Source: a phage. Taken from it: a stretch of 43,104 nucleotides of DNA. Positions 19,601-26,806 of this stretch are shown piece by piece. How positions within the stretch are numbered: the stretch's first letter is position 1; the number at the start of each line of letters is the position of its first letter. The stretch lies in sequence record PZ445418.1; one strand, written 5' to 3'. Both the position numbers and the translations under genes were made by a program. The notes beneath the pieces are model-generated. The model made no database searches and had not been told where the DNA came from. It saw only the letters and a program-made list of their open reading frames with translations.

Positions 19601-20054
19601 TTCGTTTAACCATGCCGGTGGCAACGCCACATACAGCCTTAAGGCAGGCGTGACGTATAACGGGACTTACTATGATGCCGGTATGCAGCTTTCCGTCGTG
19701 GCGGAAGGCGGCGCGGTTAAATCGCGTATTGCGTTCAAGGCGGACCAGTTCTACATCATGCACCCATCTAATGGGTCGCTTTCGTCCGCGTTTATCGTTG
19801 ACGGTGGTCAGGTGTACATCGACACCGCCCGCATCAAGAATGCGTCCATTAACTTTGCGCAGATAACGGACACGTTGCAGTCCAACAACTACGACGGCAG
19901 TACTCGAGGATGGCGCTTAGGTAAGGATGGAACGTTTATCAACCTGGGGACTGGAAGCGGTGGTGGTACAAAGCAGACCAACACCAACTACAGCGTTAAA
20001 GACGAGAACGGTGTTTTACGCGTGCAACTTGGCGAGCTTACTGGTCGCTGGTAG
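16635..20054 (+). CDS. central tail fibre / host specificity protein (gpJ-like)
   Basis: 1139 aa (lambda J about 1130 aa), position after gpI-like. Confidence 0.8.
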   Translation: MTIIYNVTGHKGGGGKQHTPQETPDSLHSLAKIRILLALGEGEFESITSASELRQRVYLDGTPIQNADLSENFPGARVEFRPGTQHQDVIHGFSAVESEQSVGVKLENGTPWVRQINDTSLDAVRIRIGIPALYTNEDNGDLVGGRIDYKIVVYTDNADPREFNFAAVGKTMSLYERDHRIELPPNVNTGWRVEVHRTTADSTSAKVVNDIRVQSITEIIDARLRYPLTALLFVEFDAKAFQNIPRVSIKCKGRKVLVPNNYDPINHTYSGDWDGTFKRAWTDNPAWHWYDICITERFGLGRRIKPQMLNRYALYQIAQRCDQMVSDGNGGQEIRFKNDMYIQSQTDAWTVLKDLAAIFAGMTWWGNQMLNIVSDQPVAAVSHTITNASVIDGRFDYASGSQKTRYSTFAVAYGNPKNHYDDAIATGQRVELVRRHKINRLDITAIGCTRESEAQRRGHWALISNQLDQQVSFKVGMEGLFFIPGSVVAIADTNISGGFESRGGRLLSDPGTRTVLNTDCEITFRPGDKFLVRTDSGNVETREIASVNGNQVTLKTALDANPIPDQPFCVDGDDIQLQKFRITDLEYDDSTSTFSVRGIEYNDSKYDAVDNGARLDPGIFTQVPDGVMKGPESVTITPSQISSQGQLITNVDIVFPPVKDAVVYEIQWRRTSLQNMEIQWGNDWVNIPRTASNGAHIPNVFSGNYQARVRAIGMGEISSPWVSSAITPVEGRLGGLNAPIITNAISGLHQILWKWNHNNAATDISHTELEVRKTGETEWRFLTNVPYPGSEYAQTSLEFGIYQQLRARVADKIGNLSDWSAPFEGQVSDKVDEYMKGLDDEFLTSEDGKRFQEAIDTMPQGIYEAMLTDAQQLFNARAEYKGIYAEISVAYNVAADARQAVAQLETLIGTRLDDAEAAIHTLQTAQSTQEQAFAQYQQTVAAKFGEQEAAIQQVQTATADVAGALAEYKTQVAAQFDQQSAAIEQKMTSSFNHAGGNATYSLKAGVTYNGTYYDAGMQLSVVAEGGAVKSRIAFKADQFYIMHPSNGSLSSAFIVDGGQVYIDTARIKNASINFAQITDTLQSNNYDGSTRGWRLGKDGTFINLGTGSGGGTKQTNTNYSVKDENGVLRVQLGELTGRW

Positions 20055-20057
20055 TAT

Positions 20058-20076
20058 GGGGCTTCGGCCCCTTTTT
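20058..20076 (+). terminator. intrinsic terminator
   Basis: GGGGC-ttcg-GCCCC followed by TTTTT. Confidence 0.65.
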
Positions 20077-20089
20077 AACGAGGTTATTT

Positions 20090-20392
20090 ATGGCATTCGG
20101 TATCGCAACGTGGGACGCGCAAGGACGCCCAAACAACTACGGCATTAAACCGGTAAGCGTGATCGGAAGGATTCATCTTGCGGAAGGACAAAAATCAGGC
20201 GCATGGTCATTCCCTGTGCCGGCGGGGATGAAGGTCGGATACGTGGTCGCACTGGATAAAGGCGCGGTCGGGCCAGGACGCAGAATAACCGCCAGCGGGA
20301 ACACTATCACGGTTTCCGCGGCAAGTGAGGTTGGTGGCGGGGTTTACTCCGCATCTGAATGTGACGTTATTGTTTTTGTGGAGCGAGCATAA
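20090..20392 (+). CDS. hypothetical tail-associated protein
   Basis: 100 aa ORF with RBS GAGG, downstream of gpJ-like. Confidence 0.45.
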   Translation: MAFGIATWDAQGRPNNYGIKPVSVIGRIHLAEGQKSGAWSFPVPAGMKVGYVVALDKGAVGPGRRITASGNTITVSAASEVGGGVYSASECDVIVFVERA

Positions 20393-21066
20393 TGGCTAAT
20401 TACGGCGCGTTGATTGACTTACCAAACGGCAACCCGTTTATCACGCCAGAATCGACGCCGTTTTGTCTATTCCGCCGTGTGGTTGTTGGGTCTTCGGCTA
20501 ACGGCACTGCGCAGTCGGCGGCTGCCGATATTAATTTGGGCGGTGACTACCCTGCAATAGCGTTTGTGAAAACTACGAACACCGCCCAGCCGACCGTCGT
20601 AGGGTCTTCTCGCGTTGGTAATGTGGTGAAGGTGAGCGCCAGCAATCCATTTGGGCAAGGATTCACGATGACGGCATACATCTTTGCCATATTCCCACAG
20701 ACCCTTCCGCGGTGGGGCTTCGCTATTTGGGATAAGACGGGGAGGCTAGTGCTGACGAACGAGAGCCGGGTACTAAGCGATTTAGTTACCGTCGGATCGC
20801 CAGGCGCTAACGGGGGGATTAACATTGACCAGACGCTAAACGGCAGCTACGCCGTCGCTCCGGGCATATTGGGGTCTACGCTGATCCGGTTTTTTGTGCA
20901 GGGCCAGCCGCAGGTAATATCGGTAACGGCGTACACGGGGGCCAGATTTGATGGGTCGCGAACGCGTATATCGGCAGCGTCGTCGGGGAACGCCACGGGG
21001 GATGTGGTTGGGTATACTAACAACGGCAACGCGATTATGGCGATTAACACTGCCAATTATGATTGA
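20392..21066 (+). CDS. hypothetical tail-associated protein
   Basis: 224 aa, ATGA-type coupling to previous gene. Confidence 0.45.
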   Translation: MANYGALIDLPNGNPFITPESTPFCLFRRVVVGSSANGTAQSAAADINLGGDYPAIAFVKTTNTAQPTVVGSSRVGNVVKVSASNPFGQGFTMTAYIFAIFPQTLPRWGFAIWDKTGRLVLTNESRVLSDLVTVGSPGANGGINIDQTLNGSYAVAPGILGSTLIRFFVQGQPQVISVTAYTGARFDGSRTRISAASSGNATGDVVGYTNNGNAIMAINTANYD

Positions 21067-21068
21067 AG

Positions 21069-21090
21069 AAAGCCCCGAAAGGGGCTTATT
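21069..21090. terminator. bidirectional intrinsic terminator
   Basis: AAGCCCC-gaaa-GGGGCTT between convergent genes; overlaps lipoprotein stop. Confidence 0.6.
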
Positions 21091-21304
21091 TGCAGGTTGT
21101 GCTTTTGAAATGGCCTACAGACACGTACTGGAAACTAAACGGATAGCCAGCCCGTAACATTTTATGACCGCTAACGTCCGCAACCCCAAACACAGGGACT
21201 GAGTACTCCATACCACTATTCATGTATGTTGCGTCGCAGATTTTAGACGGCATATTGGCACAACCGGACAAAAGAACCACACAAATCATAATTAAAGTTT
21301 TCAT
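21086..21304 (-). CDS. small lipoprotein, candidate Cor/Llp-like superinfection exclusion protein
   Basis: MKTLIMICVVLLSGC signal with lipobox LSGC; AGGAGA RBS; antisense to tail genes next to fibre locus. Confidence 0.55.
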   Translation of the reverse strand: MKTLIMICVVLLSGCANMPSKICDATYMNSGMEYSVPVFGVADVSGHKMLRAGYPFSFQYVSVGHFKSTTCK

Positions 21305-21334
21305 GGTATCATCTCCTATATTTGGTTGGGTTTT

Positions 21335-21363
21335 AGTATTGCACCGCTCAACCAAGAATGCAA
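21335..21363 (-). promoter_or_regulatory. sigma70-like promoter TTGCAT-17-AATACT for lipoprotein gene
   Basis: hexamers with 17-bp spacer; -35 overlaps TGCAACCAAT (21359-21368). Confidence 0.4.
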
Positions 21364-21384
21364 CCAATTTATGAGGATTCAGCT

Positions 21385-23388
21385 ATGGCAGCGGGTACAC
21401 TATCCGTAACGAATAACAGCAAGGCGGTAGTCGGTGTCGGCACGACGTTCACCGCGTTTAAAGCTGGCGACTTCTTAACGTTGGTGGTGGGGCAAGTCCC
21501 TTACACTGTTGCTATCGCGTCCGTCGAAAGCAACACCGCGCTTACGCTGGTGCTGCCGTTCGACGGCCCCACGGCAACCGGCCTTGCCTGGGATGGCGTT
21601 GCGCGTGATACCATGTCCCTGGCGACGATGGGCGTAACAGTCCAGGCGCAGAAAGCATTGCGCTTGATGATTGCAGATGAAAACAACTGGCGTGCCATCT
21701 TCGGCGACGCTGAAGAAATCACAGTGACGTTACCAAACGGGCAGGTTATGCAGGGCATGTCATGGGGCTATCTGTCAAGTCTTCTAAAAGACGTTGACCC
21801 GGTGGAGCTTCAGAATATTGCCAACCAGGCTGTAACCGCGAAAAACGATGCTGTGTCTGCCAAGAATGATGCGCAGACTGCGAAGACTGCCGCAGAAACA
21901 GCGCGCACGCAAGCCCAGTCGGCTAAGACCGCCGCAGAGTCAGCACGTGACGACGCGCAGACGGCTAAGACCGCCGCAGAAACAGCACGCACCCAGGCAC
22001 AGACCGCGAAGACCGCCGCAGAAACCGCCAAGGGTGCGGCGGAAGACGCCCGCGATGAGGCGAAGCAATATGCAGAGCAAGCCGGAGCACCATATAAGCA
22101 GGTATTACAACCGCTACCAGACGTGTGGATTCCGTTTAACGATTCGCTGGATATGCTCGCAGGCTTCGCGCCCGGATACAAGACGGTTACGGTAGCCGAC
22201 GACGAGGTTACTATGCCGAGCGACAAGGTGGTGTCGCTCAAGCGCGCATCAACGGCAACATATATTAACAAGTCCGGCGAGTTTAAAATCGCAGAGATTG
22301 ACGAGCCGAGATTCGAAAAATACGGCCTGCTCATTGAAGGCCAACGCACTAACCACATCATCAACGGGGGCGCTCCGGCTGGCTGGGGCCACAGCACATC
22401 GGTTGGCGTGGTTACGGGTACAGATGCTTTCGGTTTCTTGTATGGAAAGTTTGGTATCGGCCAGGGCGACGTGGGCAGTACGACTGTGCTTAACCTGGCT
22501 TCCGTAACATCAGCAAACAGTCTGGATACTTCCGGCGTCGATAAGTATGTAACGGCGTCATGCCGCTTTCGGTCCGACAAGGATGTACGTCTTCGTGTGC
22601 GTTTTGCAGAAGGCGCGGATCAAGGCAGCATGGCTTTCTCTGGCGACGCGTACATTAAATTAAGCGATTTGTCCGTGTCTAAGACGGGTGTCGCGGCAGA
22701 CCGCATTACCGTAGAAGTCGAGAAAGACGAAGCCACCGGATGGAATCGTGCGGTGGTAATGCTGCAAGCTACCACGGCGCTGGTGAACGCGCAGATCCAG
22801 ATCTCGCCAGTGAGCAGTTATGCTGCCGGTGATTATATCGAACTGGCAACTCCGCAGGTTGAGTTAGGGATCGGGGCGTCTTCATATATCATCTCCGGCA
22901 CATCTCCAACCACACGCGCTAGCGATATGGTGACGGTACCGGCTAACCGCAACCTGTATAACCTGCCGTTTACGGTGCTTGTAGAAGTGCACAAGAACTG
23001 GTCTAAGGCGCCGAACGCAGCGCCGCGTGTATTCGACACCGGCGGTCATCAATCGGGTGCGGCTATTATCCTGGGATTCGGGTCTGGCGATATTGACGGG
23101 TATCCGTACTGCGACATCGGCGGTGCTCACAGACGTTTGAATGAAAACGCAGGGCTTAAGCATATGGTTATGGGTATGCGTGTGAAAGAAAACCAGGACA
23201 CTTGCGCGGTGAGTAACGGCATTCTTTCGACCGAATCGAAAACCACATGGACCTACCTGAAAGGGTCTGCGACGCTGCGAATCGGGGGTCAAACAACGAC
23301 TGGAGACAGACACCTGTTCGGGCACGTCCGTAACTTCCGTATCTGGCATAATGCGCTGACCGACCTACAAATGGGGGAATTAGTGTGA
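21385..23388 (+). CDS. tail fibre protein (Ala-rich repeat shaft, C-terminal lectin-like domain)
   Basis: RBS GAGGA; tandem TAKTAAETARTQAQ-type repeats; C-terminal F-R-I-W-H-N-A-L-T-D segment resembles LamG/ConA-like fold. Confidence 0.65.
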   Translation: MAAGTLSVTNNSKAVVGVGTTFTAFKAGDFLTLVVGQVPYTVAIASVESNTALTLVLPFDGPTATGLAWDGVARDTMSLATMGVTVQAQKALRLMIADENNWRAIFGDAEEITVTLPNGQVMQGMSWGYLSSLLKDVDPVELQNIANQAVTAKNDAVSAKNDAQTAKTAAETARTQAQSAKTAAESARDDAQTAKTAAETARTQAQTAKTAAETAKGAAEDARDEAKQYAEQAGAPYKQVLQPLPDVWIPFNDSLDMLAGFAPGYKTVTVADDEVTMPSDKVVSLKRASTATYINKSGEFKIAEIDEPRFEKYGLLIEGQRTNHIINGGAPAGWGHSTSVGVVTGTDAFGFLYGKFGIGQGDVGSTTVLNLASVTSANSLDTSGVDKYVTASCRFRSDKDVRLRVRFAEGADQGSMAFSGDAYIKLSDLSVSKTGVAADRITVEVEKDEATGWNRAVVMLQATTALVNAQIQISPVSSYAAGDYIELATPQVELGIGASSYIISGTSPTTRASDMVTVPANRNLYNLPFTVLVEVHKNWSKAPNAAPRVFDTGGHQSGAAIILGFGSGDIDGYPYCDIGGAHRRLNENAGLKHMVMGMRVKENQDTCAVSNGILSTESKTTWTYLKGSATLRIGGQTTTGDRHLFGHVRNFRIWHNALTDLQMGELV

Positions 23389-23642
23389 AAGACTTAACGC
23401 TGAAGTTTGAAAGCAAGGCCGCTTTTGCAGCCTTCAAAGCGCAATTGAATTGGGACGAGAACGAGGCGTTGCAGGATGATATTCTGCTTGATGTCATCGG
23501 CAACGTGTATGAGGGTGATGAGGATAATCTCGTTGCCGTTGAGGGGTACTTCGTTAACGTGCGCATTCTTGACGACGACCACGGCATTAACTTTGAGCAG
23601 TATGCCGTTGTGTTAGACTCCCCACTTCGTCAATGGGCTTAA
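23385..23642 (+). CDS. small acidic hypothetical protein
   Basis: 85 aa, overlaps fibre stop; no motif. Confidence 0.35.
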   Translation: MKDLTLKFESKAAFAAFKAQLNWDENEALQDDILLDVIGNVYEGDEDNLVAVEGYFVNVRILDDDHGINFEQYAVVLDSPLRQWA

Positions 23643-23653
23643 GAGGGTAAATC

Positions 23654-23950
23654 ATGGTTACTAAAACAAACATCCCCGCGGATATTACGGCGCTGAAAAA
23701 TTCTACTTCATCATTGTCGTCTGACAAGATGGATAAGTCAGCCAATTTGTCGGACCTGGCAGACAAAACTGAGGCGCGAAGTCACCTTGGTTTAGGGTCA
23801 GCAGCCACGTTGGACGTAGGGGGTAGCAGCGGAAACGCGATGGAGGTTGGCGCTTTCGGCCTCGGTCGCCCGGATGGTGCTTATGTTTTCAACACAACCT
23901 CGCAGGATGCGATATTAGCCGAACTTGAAACTAAGGGGTTGTGTGTTTAG
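23654..23950 (+). CDS. tail fibre N-terminal module protein
   Basis: contains S-A-N-L-S-D-L-A-D-K...A-R-S-H-L-G-L-G-S-A-A-T motif common at tail fibre N-termini. Confidence 0.5.
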   Translation: MVTKTNIPADITALKNSTSSLSSDKMDKSANLSDLADKTEARSHLGLGSAATLDVGGSSGNAMEVGAFGLGRPDGAYVFNTTSQDAILAELETKGLCV

Positions 23951-24533
23951 AAATAACCAACAAATTGCGGCCCCGTGGGATATTTGGAACTATTCATCGA
24001 ACCTATTCTTCAGGGCTGGCGATACCTACAGCATGATAAGTATACCGTTCGAACAGGCCGGGAAAATAAAGGTTTTTGGTGGTGCGGCTGGGTTTGGGTG
24101 GAAGACCGCTCGCACCATCTACGATACGGAAAACACGACCGTAGACTCTAACGGCTTCCTTAAGACCGCGTCGCCTATAGTAAAGGTTTTTAAAGACGGC
24201 AGTTTTGAGACAAACGAGCAATCGAAAGGTGCTACCGTAGAGCGAGTCTCTACTGGTGTTTACAAGATTTCCGGTGTTCTCGGCCTTAATTCCGAGGCAG
24301 TATGGGGTGGTGTCGGCGGCGGCTTTGAGATACCCGTGGACGTTAACAAGCAGGCCAGAATATGGCTTGATTATGAGGTTAATGCTGACGGGTCGATAGT
24401 TATGAAAACTTACCATCGAACACATGACTCGTCACCGTCTTTCGCTACCAATACAATTGACGGTTTTAATAATGGCGACCCAATTGATATCCCATCGGAC
24501 GCGTTCGTATCTGTTCGAGTTAACATGCCATAA
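23925..24533 (+). CDS. hypothetical protein, possible distal part of the fibre
   Basis: 202-aa ORF in a different frame overlapping end of 23654 ORF; in-frame GTG at 23943 after AAGGGG. Confidence 0.4.
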   Translation: MKLRGCVFRNNQQIAAPWDIWNYSSNLFFRAGDTYSMISIPFEQAGKIKVFGGAAGFGWKTARTIYDTENTTVDSNGFLKTASPIVKVFKDGSFETNEQSKGATVERVSTGVYKISGVLGLNSEAVWGGVGGGFEIPVDVNKQARIWLDYEVNADGSIVMKTYHRTHDSSPSFATNTIDGFNNGDPIDIPSDAFVSVRVNMP

Positions 24534-24568
24534 TGAGAAGGGGCCATCCAGATCGCAAATCAGTAATT

Positions 24569-24793
24569 TCATTTCAACTCCTCGATCAGATTCATACGAA
24601 CACCACGGGCAGAAAAAGCGTCACACACAAGATGCCAACGGGCGGTCATTACAAGCCAGCCGGTAAGGTCCATGCCGAGCAATTGCTCCGGGCGACTGAC
24701 CCGCCGCACTTTGTTCTCCCTCGGGTTAATTTGGTAGCGTTTAACAATTTCGTCCACGACGCGCATACTGCGGTCAACGACTAAGATATTCAT
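24569..24793 (-). CDS. hypothetical protein
   Basis: 74 aa from ATG (MNILVV), overlaps end of Dam gene. Confidence 0.4.
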   Translation of the reverse strand: MNILVVDRSMRVVDEIVKRYQINPRENKVRRVSRPEQLLGMDLTGWLVMTARWHLVCDAFSARGVRMNLIEELK

Positions 24794-25259
24794 GTAGCTC
24801 ACTCTCGCTCATTATTTCAATTTGCGCGCTGCCGGTGGGTGGCGCTTCGTCAAAGATTATCAATTGCTGGCACTTGTTATTGCTCGGACCGACTTCGCCG
24901 GTGACGGCGTGAATGAATCGAACACGCCAGTCCAGAAGAATTATCAGGTTTGCAGTCTTCCGGGCCAGCTTCGCCCACTTCGTCGACGTGTCCTGATTCA
25001 GTAGCATGACGGTCCGACGTCCATGCGCTGCGCACTCAACCCACGGCAGCGGATCGGAATACGGCGGGTTGCACCACTTCCACCCTTTCAGCTCTGACCA
25101 GTCCGCATCGAGCGCGCTGTGCTCTGCCGTGAAGTAACGCGGTAGCAGGTGGTTGGCATCGCTTGCCGCCATATCGTAACGGAATCGGTACTTCCGGCGC
25201 AGTGGTTTAAATAAAGCTGGCGGTGTGCGCCAGCTATCTTTTTGCTCACTCTTCTGCAT
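24774..25259 (-). CDS. dam: DNA N6-adenine methyltransferase (phage Dam family)
   Basis: 161 aa with NPPY motif (WKWCNPPYSD) and N-terminal W-R-T-P. Confidence 0.8.
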   Translation of the reverse strand: MQKSEQKDSWRTPPALFKPLRRKYRFRYDMAASDANHLLPRYFTAEHSALDADWSELKGWKWCNPPYSDPLPWVECAAHGRRTVMLLNQDTSTKWAKLARKTANLIILLDWRVRFIHAVTGEVGPSNNKCQQLIIFDEAPPTGSAQIEIMSESELHEYLSR

Positions 25260-25710
25260 GATCTGGATCTATCGCGTACAGGGCAATCTTTTCACCTTTA
25301 TTGATGACGCGTTGCACGCGCTTTGACTCCTCGGCACTAAGCGGGCGCGCGTCCGGGTAGAAGCTGCCGTTTGTAGGGTTACGCCACGCCATAAGCACCA
25401 AATCTTTACGGTCAACCTTAGACTGACGACCTTTGGGGGGCACGTATCCCTCGGCGCGTTTGCATTGCTCGCGCAGACCTTCGGCAGTGATGCGGTTTAG
25501 TGCAACGCTGGTGGTGTATCCGGTGCGCTGCATAATCCCCATCAATTCGAATAGCAGTTCGAAGCGCTCCTCTAGCTCCCGGCGCACTTTCTTCTCGCCT
25601 TCATATAGCGCCTGGTTGGAGTCCGCCAGCGCGTTCGCGCGTTCGGCCTGTTCGCGGGCTTCTAGGCATTGCGCGGCCCAGTATGCTTTTTCTTCTTGTA
25701 AAATTATCAT
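25246..25710 (-). CDS. hypothetical protein (first gene after promoter)
   Basis: 154 aa from ATG at 25710 with GGAG RBS; helical N-terminus. Confidence 0.5.
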   Translation of the reverse strand: MIILQEEKAYWAAQCLEAREQAERANALADSNQALYEGEKKVRRELEERFELLFELMGIMQRTGYTTSVALNRITAEGLREQCKRAEGYVPPKGRQSKVDRKDLVLMAWRNPTNGSFYPDARPLSAEESKRVQRVINKGEKIALYAIDPDHAEE

Positions 25711-25756
25711 CGTGTTGTCTCCAGGTATTAGAAAGGGCGTCCAACCGGACACCCTC

Positions 25757-25785
25757 AATATAATGCAACCAATAGGGTTATGCAA
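25757..25785 (-). promoter_or_regulatory. sigma70-like promoter TTGCAT-17-TATATT
   Basis: two TGCAACCAAT copies (25764-25773, 25781-25790); same hexamers as 38620-38648. Confidence 0.5.
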
Positions 25786-25790
25786 CCAAT

Positions 25791-26114
25791 TTACGAATAA
25801 AAATTTGGGTCGCGTGCAACGTCTACCAGATACAGATTGCTGATTCGGTTTCCGTAGTGGCCTGGTGTGCGCTGGCGGCACACAACGGCGTAGCCTGGAG
25901 GGATTGTATTGCCTGTCGCGATGATCCAAGCCACGCGCGCGCCGGATAGCGTCTTGCCGTTGCACTCGATGCGCGTGCCGCCATCGGCAGTGTTGAGGTT
26001 TCCAATCTTACATCCGGTGGACTTAAGGCGAATAACGCCGGTCTTGCTGTCGTAGGAGAATAACTGGTTAGTCATTGCAACCGAAAAATCAATGGCCTCG
26101 AATGTAGTATTCAT
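25791..26114 (-). CDS. HNH endonuclease-like protein (degenerate)
   Basis: R-V-A-W...G-N-R-I-S-N-L-Y-L-V resembles HNH_3 core, but first His/Asp positions not conserved. Confidence 0.4.
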   Translation of the reverse strand: MNTTFEAIDFSVAMTNQLFSYDSKTGVIRLKSTGCKIGNLNTADGGTRIECNGKTLSGARVAWIIATGNTIPPGYAVVCRQRTPGHYGNRISNLYLVDVARDPNFYS

Positions 26115-26806
26115 TTTAAATTTTCCTCATTGACTGCTATCGCGAAGCCGCGCGGGGTGAGTGAGCGGATTAATTTTGTACGAGCGGATTTACCACCGAG
26201 GCGACTATACTGCTTCGAGTACCCTTTTTCAACGAATACAGGCTTTTTCTCAGGCATACGAAAGCCGTTGCCGGTCCATAAGCAGGTCAACTTCGGATAT
26301 GAATCGCGGGCGTTGATGTATTCAGGGAAGAGCGGGTGTACGTCATCCTCCGGCAGATAGCCGCCATACTCCCACGGGTCAAACGAGTGGTCTGGCTTGC
26401 GCCACTGTGTGGAAAGCACACTGCGCGGATTTTCAATCATATATGGCACTTCGAAGAAATCGCCCAGGTAAGCTGCGATCTTCGCGGTGCGCACCGCCTT
26501 AAGCTGAAAGGCTGGGTCTTTCGCACGCTTGCGCGGGAAAGCTGGCGCGCCGCTCACTGCCAGATCAGTACAAGGCGGGAATGCGTAGATGATGTCCGGC
26601 GTGCCGAAATCGCCATTCATCGCACGGTCCACGAAATCCAGGTCGATAAACTCATTGCGATATCGGATCCCGCGACCGTAAATCCGGTAGTCCAGGTACG
26701 ACCCGTGATCGGCTTCGGAGTAGTTGAAGCAATAACACTTATGTCCCATCTCGGCAGCACGCTCGACCATCAAGCCGCTGCCGTCAAATAATGACCAGAT
26801 AATCAT
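26111..26806 (-). CDS. C5-cytosine DNA methyltransferase-like protein (compact)
   Basis: motif I-like LFDGSG, motif IV-like FPPC, motif VI-like ENP, in canonical order within 231 aa. Confidence 0.5.
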   Translation of the reverse strand: MIIWSLFDGSGLMVERAAEMGHKCYCFNYSEADHGSYLDYRIYGRGIRYRNEFIDLDFVDRAMNGDFGTPDIIYAFPPCTDLAVSGAPAFPRKRAKDPAFQLKAVRTAKIAAYLGDFFEVPYMIENPRSVLSTQWRKPDHSFDPWEYGGYLPEDDVHPLFPEYINARDSYPKLTCLWTGNGFRMPEKKPVFVEKGYSKQYSRLGGKSARTKLIRSLTPRGFAIAVNEENLK

